DNA of 32,000 bases from an uncultured archaeon (GTDB lineage: Archaea; Asgardarchaeota; Jordiarchaeia; Jordiarchaeales; Jordiarchaeaceae), in the NCBI GenBank assembly GCA_964510585.1, contig CAZECW010000020.1, positions 30,001 through 62,000 on the forward strand. The letters are read 5' to 3'. Both the position numbers and the translations under genes were made by a program. Of this stretch, positions 17,202 through 26,165 are shown one piece after another. Numbering within the stretch: the first letter of the stretch is position 1; each line of letters opens with the position of its first letter. Below the pieces are notes generated by a model that was not told the origin of the DNA, did not search any database, and was given only the letters and a program-made list of their open reading frames with translations.

Positions 17202-18626
17202 TCAACCAGCTCCCCCTACAATAAGCTTTTTAACCCTAATCGGGGCTCCTCCATCGCTTACGAAGGCTGTTTGTCCCTTTCCACAGCGACCGCTATGCAG
17301 TTCAAAATCTTTCCCTACAGCGTCTACCTGTCTCAGAGTTTCTAAAGTATTACCGCTTATGGAGGCGTTTCTCACGGGTTCACCGAGTTCACCATTTACG
17401 ATTTCGTAAGCCTCTTGAATTCCAACTTGAAAAGTTCCATCTAGATTAGCTTGACCGCCCATAAAACTCACCAAATAGTATCCAAAATTGATGCCTTCCA
17501 GAAGCTCTTCAAAGGTGTAATCTCGGGGTGCTATGTAGGTGTTCCTCATTCGGATTATTGGAGGCGAACGAAAATCTTCAGCTCGCGCATTTCCAGTCGG
17601 CCTTACATTGAATTGCCCAACCATTTCGGTTGGCACCATCAAGTTCTTGACCTTCTGCATTTTAGATGAGTGCTCTCTATCATACATTAACCCAACAACA
17701 TACCCCTCCTCTAGTAGAATAGTTTTCTGGGATTTTACCCCCTCATCGTCATACTTGAAGCTTCCAAATCCCCCCTCTACTGTACCGTCATCGTATATAG
17801 TTACCAGAGGCGAAGCAATTTTTGTTCCCAAATTTTTAGCTAACACGTTTCCTGAGAGGGTAAGATCAGCCTCCGCGAGGTGCCCGAAAGCTTCATGCAC
17901 AAAGGTTCCAGTTACGTCTGAGCCTAAAACAACGGTGAATGAGCCCCCTTTGGGCGGTTTTGCTTTAATCTGTTCTAGGAGGCGCTGGGCGAGACGTGTG
18001 CTTATGTTCTCAGGCGGTTCCTTTACCAAAAATCCAAAACCTTTAGTGGATCCTAGTTCCTCTCTGCTTGATGCGAATACGTCGCCCTTACGAGCAACTC
18101 CCACTATTCTGCTCCAAACATAGAGGATGTCTTGCTCGATTGCTGTTCCCTCACTGTTCACGTACCACTTCTTACCAGTAATATCCGCATAATCTATGGT
18201 GCAACTGCGAATGTGCTTGTTATAATTTAGAAGGCTGTCGTTAATTGTGAAAAAGAGTTTTAACTTTTCCTCGATATGGATCTCCTTCGGATTAATATCT
18301 GGTTTAATTGCTACACAGTCCTCCACTGTGTCGCTCTCGTAGAGGGTTACAGGTTCTTTAATATGTTTGCTTGCGCCAATCGCTATTTTAACAGCCTTTT
18401 CTGTGGCTTCTCTTAATGCTTCCTCAGTGTTGACTGTGGCGAAACCCCAGCTTCCACGAGCCAAAACTCGAATAGCGAAACCAGACTCGATTCCCTGTTT
18501 AACAGACTCTACTCTTCCATCTTCCATGTGAAACACTATATTATCAGAGCTTTGGTGTCTAACTTCCACGAAGTCCGCTCCTAATCTTTGACCGTAATCC
18601 ACAATGTTCGTCAGTAAATCCCTCAA
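17202..18626 (-). CDS. tldD: Metalloprotease TldD
   Basis: GFAIRV, VHEAFGHLAEAD (HExxxH), YDDEGV, GNARA, PIIRMRNTY and CGKGQ. TTG 18626 follows GGAGG; the ORF is open to 18659. Confidence 0.92.
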   Translation of the reverse strand: MRDLLTNIVDYGQRLGADFVEVRHQSSDNIVFHMEDGRVESVKQGIESGFAIRVLARGSWGFATVNTEEALREATEKAVKIAIGASKHIKEPVTLYESDTVEDCVAIKPDINPKEIHIEEKLKLFFTINDSLLNYNKHIRSCTIDYADITGKKWYVNSEGTAIEQDILYVWSRIVGVARKGDVFASSREELGSTKGFGFLVKEPPENISTRLAQRLLEQIKAKPPKGGSFTVVLGSDVTGTFVHEAFGHLAEADLTLSGNVLAKNLGTKIASPLVTIYDDGTVEGGFGSFKYDDEGVKSQKTILLEEGYVVGLMYDREHSSKMQKVKNLMVPTEMVGQFNVRPTGNARAEDFRSPPIIRMRNTYIAPRDYTFEELLEGINFGYYLVSFMGGQANLDGTFQVGIQEAYEIVNGELGEPVRNASISGNTLETLRQVDAVGKDFELHSGRCGKGQTAFVSDGGAPIRVKKLIVGGAG

Positions 18627-18910
18627 GGCGAAGCCTCCGAATCCAAATAGATTGACCAAAATTTGATAGAAATAATCAGGTTAGGCACATTGGTTTCTTA
18701 TTTTAAATTGGCAGCTTTAAATTTGTTTTCATTCCTACTTTCCTGATAATTTTCCTTTATGCATTGGAGAAAGGTGTTTTTTCTACTGTTTTTGGTTGTG
18801 CTTTAAATAGTGAACAGCTTAATTTAACTCGAATTAAAGGTAAGAGGGTAATATCTATAAGAGTATCGCTTAATTGTTAAGTGGAGCATAAGTCTTGGTG
18901 GTTTGAAGGA

Positions 18911-19735
18911 ATGGTGGAAATAAGGATAGCTGGAATCCAAGTTTTGAAGGAAGGAACAAAAGAGAAAAACCTACAGAAGGTTAGCAGATTAGCTCAGGAG
19001 GCAGCCCGCAATGAAGTAGACCTCATATGTCTTCCGGAGAAATGGAACATTAAAAATGGAGACCCGTTTAAAGACTCTGAGGATGAGAATGGTCCCAGCA
19101 TAAGATGTTTGGAAAGGATTGCGAGTGAAAACGGTGTCTATGTGGTGGGCGGCTCAATTTGGGAAAAGCGGGGCAACAAGTATTATAATACATCCCGATT
19201 ATTCGACAGAAAAGGAAACTGTATTGGTTTACATTCAAAAATCCATCTGTACAAATTCGAGAAAAATTTTTTTACCCCCGGAGACAGGTTGGAGCCCTGC
19301 AAAACAGAATTTGGCAGCGTAGGAATGACGGTGTGTTTCGACCTGGCTTTTCCAGAAGTTCCCAGAATATTAACGTTGAAGGGGGCGGACATAATAGTTA
19401 ATCCCGCATTTGTATCATCCTCAGGTATAGAGAATTGGCACATCTATTTGAAGGCTAGGGCACTTGAAAATAGAATTCCCATAGTTGCTGTAAATGCGGT
19501 TAGCAATGAGCGGGGCGATTTATGGACTGGCAGAAGTCTAATAATAGGTTTCAAGGAAGGATACGAAAGTCCCTCAAAGCTAGAAATAACTGAGGCCTCC
19601 AGTAATGAAGAAATTATTATAGCCAGCCTGAACCTGGATTACATCCGCAAACTCAGGGAGATCCGGCTATCGGAACGCAGCGAGATGGACAAAAATTTTT
19701 TTGGCAATCTCCAATTTAAGCAAAACTTAAAGTAA
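18911..19735 (+). CDS. Carbon-nitrogen hydrolase (nitrilase/amidase superfamily)
   Basis: Catalytic E-K-C triad in LICLPEKW, HSKIHLY and TVCFDLAFPE; also LKARALEN. Start set to ATG 18911. Confidence 0.92.
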   Translation: MVEIRIAGIQVLKEGTKEKNLQKVSRLAQEAARNEVDLICLPEKWNIKNGDPFKDSEDENGPSIRCLERIASENGVYVVGGSIWEKRGNKYYNTSRLFDRKGNCIGLHSKIHLYKFEKNFFTPGDRLEPCKTEFGSVGMTVCFDLAFPEVPRILTLKGADIIVNPAFVSSSGIENWHIYLKARALENRIPIVAVNAVSNERGDLWTGRSLIIGFKEGYESPSKLEITEASSNEEIIIASLNLDYIRKLREIRLSERSEMDKNFFGNLQFKQNLK

Positions 19736-19774
19736 GCCTTTTTTAAACAGATGAAAAATGGGCAAATTGTAGTA

Positions 19775-20284
19775 TTACTCTCCAATTTTTACTGATAGTC
19801 GGCACTGCGGCCGCTTTTTAACTGTCAACTTGCGGCAGGTAGCAATGGCCTTGGGATTAATCATCTTTGCCGCGGCATCTTCTCCCTCTGAAATAATCTC
19901 ACATATCTCAGTGGAGCCCCTAATTTTAATAATAGGGCAATCTTTTATATCCGCTTCACAATTCTTCTCGTTAAGCTCCACGATGTGATATTTTTCTCCT
20001 AGAAGAGCCCGCCTAGATAATATAACTGAGGCAATCGAAATTGCATCATCGTTTACTACTTTAAAGAAATGCCTATACCACATGAGGAGATTACTTATTC
20101 TGTTTTTGAAAAAGGCCTTACAAAATTTAAGCCCTCCCTCTCCAAACTCATCCATTGCTGAGATTATAAAGGCAAAACTCAAATCCTGCAACTCCATCCT
20201 TAACAACATTACCTTTTCCTGCTCAGAAGGTTCGTATCCCGATACGCCTTTATTCACAGATTCCTCCAAAAATTTCTCCTCCAA
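19775..20284 (-). CDS. V4R/ATC-hydrolase-like (L-2-amino-thiazoline-4-carboxylate hydrolase-like) domain protein
   Basis: C-terminal pattern CEADIKDCP...ICE...AAKMINP...C...CRLSV is typical of V4R-like folds. Confidence 0.6.
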   Translation of the reverse strand: MEEKFLEESVNKGVSGYEPSEQEKVMLLRMELQDLSFAFIISAMDEFGEGGLKFCKAFFKNRISNLLMWYRHFFKVVNDDAISIASVILSRRALLGEKYHIVELNEKNCEADIKDCPIIKIRGSTEICEIISEGEDAAAKMINPKAIATCRKLTVKKRPQCRLSVKIGE

Positions 20285-20495
20285 AATATAATGGATATAA
20301 ATTGCTTTTTGCAGCCTATTCTCAAAAAATTATTTATTTAGAACTTATCAACTATTTGTTAAAATAGTTAATCCCTCATTAATCACCAACATAGAAACTT
20401 GGTAGCAAAATCTAAAAATCGACACAGTATGATAATTGATGGAAATGCTTTTAACGAAACTGGCTCTTGTTTGTAATCAATCGGTGGTGAAAATA

Positions 20496-20825
20496 ATGAG
20501 CAAGAAAAAATGGACTAAGGAACCCAAAGCGGTGGAAAAACAAATTAGAAACATTATTGTAAGCAGTGAGCTGAAATCATCAATAGAAGAAGAAATTCCA
20601 AAAATGAAAATAATAACCCCAACCATCATCTCAGGAAAATACAACATTAGAGTAAGCGTAGCAAACGAAATAATCAAAGACTTGGAGAAAAGAGGAAAAA
20701 TAAAACTTGTAGAAGGCAACCCAAGAATAAAAATATACCAACCCGTATTAAAAGAGGAAAAAGAGATAGTAGAAAAAGTAAAAGAGGCAGAAAAGGTAGA
20801 GAAAGCGAAAAAGAAGAGAAAATAA
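20496..20825 (+). CDS. rps25e: 30S ribosomal protein S25e
   Basis: KKKWTK, EIPKMKIITP, KYNIRVSVA...IIKDLEKRGKIKLV and IY. GGTGGTGA SD precedes ATG 20496. K/E-rich C-terminal tail. Confidence 0.9.
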   Translation: MSKKKWTKEPKAVEKQIRNIIVSSELKSSIEEEIPKMKIITPTIISGKYNIRVSVANEIIKDLEKRGKIKLVEGNPRIKIYQPVLKEEKEIVEKVKEAEKVEKAKKKRK

Positions 20826-21109
20826 ATCCAATACCTGTTTCACATTTCCTACCAATGAAAAGTTTTTTGTGACAATAACGTTTTTAAAATTCCATAATTT
20901 ATTTGCCCGGGGTCCACGCTCAAAAACATTCCGAAAATTTATTAGAAATAATTCTCCACCACTTGCTTTTTAATTTATTAAACTTTATCACGAAAACAAA
21001 CTCATCTACCAATAAACAACAAACTTCTATTTACAAGTGCTAAAAAATCAAAACACAAGATACAGATTTAGATTCATAAAGTTAGCCTTTAAAAAAGAAA
21101 TACTGCAAT

Positions 21110-21601
21110 TTAAAATCTATCCTTTATTTCTTCACTTACCAGCAAGTAAACTAATACCAGCAAGCTGGCAGAAATTAAAGGAAGAGCCATCAAATCCGGT
21201 AGAAAAAGAGCAGAAAAAATAAAACCAATAATAGAATGCGTCATCGCTAGGTAATATGCCCAGCTCTTAAGATTAGAAAATGTAATAAAAACAATAATAC
21301 TAAAGATAAACCATCCCAGAAGAAAGATAAGCCTCGCAAGGTTAAGATTCACCCAAAAACCAAGCATATATTTTGAGCCAAATACCACCAAATATGTTAC
21401 AGGATCAGCTGAAAAAAGGAGAAGCGAATCACTGATAGGTAGAAAGCTCCGAAGCTGCAACCAGAAGACCCCCATGTAGATCCCAAAAATAAGCATTAAT
21501 GTCCCTTCAATTAAAATAATAAGAGAAACCAGCATTACGTTCAATGGTTGCTCCTCGGACATATAAAATCCTCTTTGGTCAGCCTTCTTATTATCAACCA
21601 T
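21110..21601 (-). CDS. Hypothetical membrane protein (about 4 TM helices)
   Basis: Four hydrophobic segments. A P-x-x-V...LIILIEG start and WAYYLA motif resemble small archaeal 4-TM families. Confidence 0.75.
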   Translation of the reverse strand: MVDNKKADQRGFYMSEEQPLNVMLVSLIILIEGTLMLIFGIYMGVFWLQLRSFLPISDSLLLFSADPVTYLVVFGSKYMLGFWVNLNLARLIFLLGWFIFSIIVFITFSNLKSWAYYLAMTHSIIGFIFSALFLPDLMALPLISASLLVLVYLLVSEEIKDRF

Positions 21602-22049
21602 TTTTATACACTAAGTTTGATTGTCCAAACCTCATTTAAATAATTCGGTCACTGAAAAAGCGAAGAAACCACCCCAACCTCTTCTTACACGTCCCACCCT
21701 TAACTTATCAAATTCATAAATAATAGATCTTCACTCAATCACAATCCAATAAACCATATACATATTAAATCCCTCATTTCGCACCCTTTTTTTGCATTTT
21801 TTTGGTTTTTCCAGCTTTAACATTTACTGGGTGTCCCTTCTGGTACAGATTCAGAGCCCACCTAAAATTTATGCGCAAAATTACTTGGCATCTTACGCAG
21901 AACTGCGAATTGCGCCGAAAAAATAAAAATGTGGAAGATTGTGCTGAGTATAGGTTAAAGGATTGAAAAGTAATTTAAAAAAGAAAAATTTAAATGGTAA
22001 ATAAAACAATAATCTAATAATAAAGGGGCATACAAGGGAGGCAATTAAA

Positions 22050-22406
22050 ATGTCCAAAAAACCAGAAAAAAAGAAGAACGATGCAGAATCCAAAGGAGAA
22101 AGATCAGAAGAGAATATGGTTTTTATAGGAAGGAAGCCGACAATGTAGATTCACTTTTGTGTTCTACGTCGATTGAGTTATGTTTTGGCTTGTGTTATCC
22201 AGTTCAATCAAGGCGCTAAAGAGGTTATAATCGTTGCTCGTGGCAGAGCTATTTCTAAGGCGGTGGATGTTGCAGAGATTGTTCGTCAGCGCTTCTTACC
22301 CGAGGGTGTAAAATTGGGTAAGATCACTACAGGCACCGAGATCATTGGTACTGGCGATGATAAGCGTAATGTTTCCACCATCGAGATTCAGTTACTAAAA
22401 GCTTAA
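22050..22406 (+). CDS. albA: DNA/RNA-binding protein Alba, split by a 30-nt intron (exons 22050-22143 and 22174-22406; 108 aa after splicing)
   Basis: Exon 1 encodes MSKK...[11 protein letters not shown] after a GGGAGG SD. Exon 2 encodes [10 protein letters not shown]...[17 protein letters not shown]...RNVSTIEI. Both halves are in the same frame, separated by a TAG-containing insert. Confidence 0.9.
22144..22173 (+). other. Putative BHB-type mRNA intron in alba
   Basis: Central 4-bp helix CGAC(22138-41)/GTCG(22168-71); 3-nt bulges AA|T (22142-44) and AT|T (22172-74); inner helix GTAGA/TCTAC plus CAC-TTTT-GTG. Joining gives ACA A|TG AGT = T-M-S. Confidence 0.85.
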
Positions 22407-22593
22407 AAGGTTTAAAGTAGATTATTTATTCAGAGAGCTTAACATTTTAAATAAGTAATAGTTTGGCCAGGGCTTATTTGGTTTTTTGAGTCGGGCTAGT
22501 CATGTTGTCTCTCCTAAACCTATTTTGTTTATAAAAAGGTATTATGAGTTGCTAAACTGGTTTGATGCAATTACAATGCAGGGATTTGTCTTG

Positions 22594-22911
22594 ATGAGTG
22601 ATAAACAGAAAAAAGCAGGAAAAATATTGGATGACCCCAATAGTTCCGTCCTTGTGGAGACTAAAAAGTTGGAAGACTTTAAATGTGGAAACTGCAGTGA
22701 ACCGCTATTAATGCATGTTTACTTAAAAGGAGATAAACATGAGCGAATAGTGGAATGTAAACATTGCGGGATAAGCTTTCCACTAGATAAAAGTAAGAGA
22801 TCCAATGGGGCCAAGGTAAACTCTTCAAATAGTGAAGACGTAAAAGGGAACAATAAGAAGGATAGCGGTAAGAAAGAGAGTATGGTGGAGCGGCTTGTTC
22901 GGTCATGGTGA
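22594..22911 (+). CDS. Zinc-ribbon protein
   Basis: CGNC...CKHC with a low-complexity charged tail. Start set to ATG 22594; the ORF is open from 22486. Overlaps the next gene start. Confidence 0.65.
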   Translation: MSDKQKKAGKILDDPNSSVLVETKKLEDFKCGNCSEPLLMHVYLKGDKHERIVECKHCGISFPLDKSKRSNGAKVNSSNSEDVKGNNKKDSGKKESMVERLVRSW

Positions 22912-23486
22912 GAAAAGTTAGATTCAAGTGCGTTAAGTGTGGTAACTGCTGCAGGGACAGGAACTCCATTGTTACCATTACGAATAGGGACATTATCCGA
23001 CTAGTGGACTACTTGAAGTGCGATCTTAAGGAACTTTTACAAAAATATGTTGGTTTCTATCAAGTTAGGAAAGAATTGGAGAACAGACTGGTTTTCCCAG
23101 CTATTTCCACATTTAGGGGCAACGCCTTCTTGGGGTTGAGAAAGAAGGACGATGGTTCATGTGTATTTTTGAAGGGTAACCTCTGCGGGATTTATGAGGG
23201 GAGACCTATGGTTTGCCGGAGTTTCCCATTTATCTTTGAGGTTAAGAAAGGTTGGCTATCCTGGGGCTTGATGGCCAGGGCTGAAAACATTTGTCTGGGA
23301 TTGGGGCGGGGAAAAAGGATTTCGGAGAAAAATCTGGAGATACTGGGAAAACAAGTAATAGAAGAGCTTGAGCAATATAGGAAAATAGTTTCGGCTTGGA
23401 ACAATCAGGAAAAGGCAGAGCAACTGGACCCCATATTGTTGGTTTCCTCATTTCTTGAAGAAGCAAAATTATTTCCTCCTCAATAA
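22905..23486 (+). CDS. YkgJ-family cysteine cluster (CxxCxxCC, putative Fe-S/Zn) protein
   Basis: FKCVKCGNCC, CVFL...CGIYEGRPMVCRSFPF and C-x-GLG. Confidence 0.9.
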   Translation: MVRKVRFKCVKCGNCCRDRNSIVTITNRDIIRLVDYLKCDLKELLQKYVGFYQVRKELENRLVFPAISTFRGNAFLGLRKKDDGSCVFLKGNLCGIYEGRPMVCRSFPFIFEVKKGWLSWGLMARAENICLGLGRGKRISEKNLEILGKQVIEELEQYRKIVSAWNNQEKAEQLDPILLVSSFLEEAKLFPPQ

Positions 23487-23645
23487 ACCTGAATTATAAT
23501 TCTCAAATTTTATCTGTAGCAGATAGTAATTGCAACAAAATTTCTTTTGGGATTATGCTTTTGTCGAAGAAAGGGGTAATATTTAATAACACAAGTTACT
23601 ATTTATACACTGGCTCTATTCTAGTTTTAGGGGAGTGAAGTTGTC

Positions 23646-24149
23646 GTGAAGTTAGAGGAAGCGGCTCGGAAGGCTATTGAGCTCTTGAGAGAAGCAGGCG
23701 ACACTGGAATATATAATACTGAACTGGCACAAAAACTCAAGGTTCCAAAAAGGCGAATATACGATATAGTGAATCCTCTTAAACCTCTGGGACTGGTAGA
23801 AATAAAAAAGGAGAGAGGAAAAACTAAGGTTTATTGGTCTGCAAAGAAGGAGTCGGTTCTCAAACAGGGAATGAGAGAACCTATGAAAGAGGAAGATAAG
23901 AAGCTAAAAATTGACACCGTTAAACTTGTTCAAGGGGAACAGATTATTGAACCCCTTTCCGAAGAGGGTATGGAAGAGGGATTCAAATTTAATTGTCAGG
24001 TTCTGAAAATAAGTTGCAACAATCCCTTAAAAACTTGTAAAGTGTACCATAATGGACTGGAGGTTGTCATCGAAACCGACGACCAAAGCCTAATAGTTAA
24101 ACCAGATACATTGAAACCCAAAACACCAAAGATAAAAACAATATTCTAA
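23646..24149 (+). CDS. E2F/DP-like winged-helix DNA-binding protein
   Basis: IELLREAGDTGIYNTELAQKLKVPKRRIYDIVNPLKPLGLVEIKK...KVYW contains the E2F/DP KRRIYD signature. GGGGAGTGA SD before the GTG. Confidence 0.78.
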   Translation: MKLEEAARKAIELLREAGDTGIYNTELAQKLKVPKRRIYDIVNPLKPLGLVEIKKERGKTKVYWSAKKESVLKQGMREPMKEEDKKLKIDTVKLVQGEQIIEPLSEEGMEEGFKFNCQVLKISCNNPLKTCKVYHNGLEVVIETDDQSLIVKPDTLKPKTPKIKTIF

Positions 24150-24276
24150 CTCATGAAATTTGCAGATTGGGAAACTCAAAGAGAACATATATGAGCTCTA
24201 AGCCTAAAAGACTCCAAACTCGTTTTCGCAGTTAAAAGTACTTTAGGAAACCGCTGAGCGCACAAGAGTGGAAAAT

Positions 24277-24654
24277 TTAGATGAGGCGCATTTCAATTTT
24301 ATTTCCCCTTTTCACCTTCTCAAATACTTGAAGGTTCTTTGTGATTTTTCCAACAATGTTCACCTCGGAGTAAGGCTCAATGGGCTTAAAGAATATGCAC
24401 AAGGCGTCACCCATGCTCCAATAAGCAATTGTCCCCTTTTCAACTTCTTTTGTGGCCTTTTCTAGTCCTTTTTTGATTCCAACATTAAAATATACTTCAC
24501 TATTCTTCCACACGTTTACTCTACCCGAGATGGGAAGTTTATCTCTGATGGCTTCTACTGTTAGGGGGGCATGAATTCTGTTAAGTTCACCCTCAGCTTC
24601 ACCTATCCCCTCAATGATAAATTTTACCTTGAACCTTGACAAACTCTCAGACAT
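24277..24654 (-). CDS. Cyclophilin-like fold protein (DUF369-type)
   Basis: APLTVEAIRDKLPI, W..EVYF and GTIAYWSMGDALCIFF...VNIVGKI. Start set to ATG 24654. Confidence 0.85.
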   Translation of the reverse strand: MSESLSRFKVKFIIEGIGEAEGELNRIHAPLTVEAIRDKLPISGRVNVWKNSEVYFNVGIKKGLEKATKEVEKGTIAYWSMGDALCIFFKPIEPYSEVNIVGKITKNLQVFEKVKRGNKIEMRLI

Positions 24655-24785
24655 AATAGATTCCCCAAAAAAAATTTTAAACTTCGCACCACACACAAAC
24701 TATGAAAATATTTTTCATAGGCAATAAAAGGTTTTTCGTACTGTTTTATGTTTGTGAACAAGGCTGGTTCCAAGAATTACAATTT

Positions 24786-26165
24786 TTATAGGTAGTCTAT
24801 GCCGCATTCTTTTTTGCCCAGGAATTTTTCGTGACACCATGTGAAGGTTTTGTGTTTCTTATAGATTCTGTCTATTGCGTCGATTATTTTTTCTGAAACA
24901 TTGGAACCATAAATTTTTGGTGCTTTTTTCATGATGCTAGGAATATCGCTTTTGTAGATGTAGTGGACAAAGTCGGCTAGATTCTCTAGTGGAGGTGTAA
25001 GTACATTTGATTCACACATTACGGATTCTGGTCTGTCTGTGTTAAAGCGGCAGGTTAATGGGATGCATTCGTCAATCAGATTGAGTTCTTCTTGTTGGGA
25101 TCCACTATCTGTTAGACTTGCCCAACAGTGTCCTGAACGGAAGAACTCAATTACGTTGCTGTAGCTTTTCCACAGAGGAGTAAATAAAAAGTTTTTATTC
25201 TCTTCAGCTAATTTTTTAATGTATTCGGTTAAACCATAGTGTTTAAGTCCAGTTTTCATTGCAGTTAATTCTACTAGGCATACGTTCATTTTGTAATCTA
25301 AAACCAGCCTTTTTATTGCGCTAACAATGTTTTTGAAGCGGGTTTCAGTAAGGTTCCCTCTACGGTGAATATCAACTCTCAGCCAGGAATCCTGTTCAAG
25401 TTGAGGATAAACATCAAAAATGCTGTTTTCAACTTTGTGATCCTTTGTGTACTCTACAGCGTCCACCACACTGTTACCACAAACTGGAATTAATTCAGGG
25501 TCATATCCTTCACGAACCAGATTCTCAAAGTTAATCCTGTGAGGCGCAATGAAGCAGAAGCAGCTTGAACCACAGATGAAGGTGTCAATCTGTTCTGGAA
25601 ATGGCTCATTTCTATCAATACTCCAATCCAAGGTCCACTGGCAATTTATAAACTCTTCAAAACCAATCTTTCCCTTCACAAAGTCGAACATGGAGTTGGG
25701 ATACATTCCCCTCAACCCAGCCTCGTTTTGGACGCATTTCTTCCCCAACCCGTAACTCCAAGCTAGGGGTACAACCCCCGCAGTTAAAGTGTCGCCATGA
25801 ACAACAGGTATGAACTCCGTTTTTGGGAAATTTTCTTTCAGGTATCTTCCAAGTTTCACCATTTTGGAGAACAGGTCAACAAACTTCTCAGATAAATCGC
25901 CACGAATTTTAAGATTGGCTACTAAACGCTCATCTAAGTGGAACTCATTCAAACCATATCCTAAAACCTCATCGAAATGCTGACCGGTGTGAACCACACC
26001 CACAGGTACTCCTCGTCTCTCACACTCAATAACTAGAGGAAACTGCTTATAAAAATCTGGTTTGGTCGCCACAGTCACTAGTATCGCATAGTCACCCGAA
26101 GCAATTTCCCTAAAACGGTCTTCGTAGATTTCCGGCTTCTCCAAATTGATATTCCAAGAAGTCAA
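24786..26165 (-). CDS. UDP-N-acetylglucosamine 2-epimerase (WecB) family protein, long archaeal form
   Basis: ATKPDFYK, HTGQHFD, VHGDTLT, EAGLRG, PEQIDT, GNSVVD, TDSGSQQEE and TDRPE. Confidence 0.88.
   Translation of the reverse strand: MTSWNINLEKPEIYEDRFREIASGDYAILVTVATKPDFYKQFPLVIECERRGVPVGVVHTGQHFDEVLGYGLNEFHLDERLVANLKIRGDLSEKFVDLFSKMVKLGRYLKENFPKTEFIPVVHGDTLTAGVVPLAWSYGLGKKCVQNEAGLRGMYPNSMFDFVKGKIGFEEFINCQWTLDWSIDRNEPFPEQIDTFICGSSCFCFIAPHRINFENLVREGYDPELIPVCGNSVVDAVEYTKDHKVENSIFDVYPQLEQDSWLRVDIHRRGNLTETRFKNIVSAIKRLVLDYKMNVCLVELTAMKTGLKHYGLTEYIKKLAEENKNFLFTPLWKSYSNVIEFFRSGHCWASLTDSGSQQEELNLIDECIPLTCRFNTDRPESVMCESNVLTPPLENLADFVHYIYKSDIPSIMKKAPKIYGSNVSEKIIDAIDRIYKKHKTFTWCHEKFLGKKECGIDYL

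Noticed and set aside
17539-18123. 194-aa plus-strand ORF, and similar antisense ORFs inside mptA, citG, pmbA, wecB-like and the DUF362 fusion
   Set aside because: Antisense to well-supported conserved genes; no motifs.
20400-20408. TGGTAGCAA, the reverse complement of the tRNA-Gln 3' end, as a possible att site
   Set aside because: Only 9 bp, inverted orientation, no integrase, and the genes in between are housekeeping.
22173-22406. 77-aa TTG-started ORF taken as the complete alba gene
   Set aside because: It lacks the conserved VFIGxKP strand, which is encoded in frame upstream behind a good SD; better explained as exon 2.
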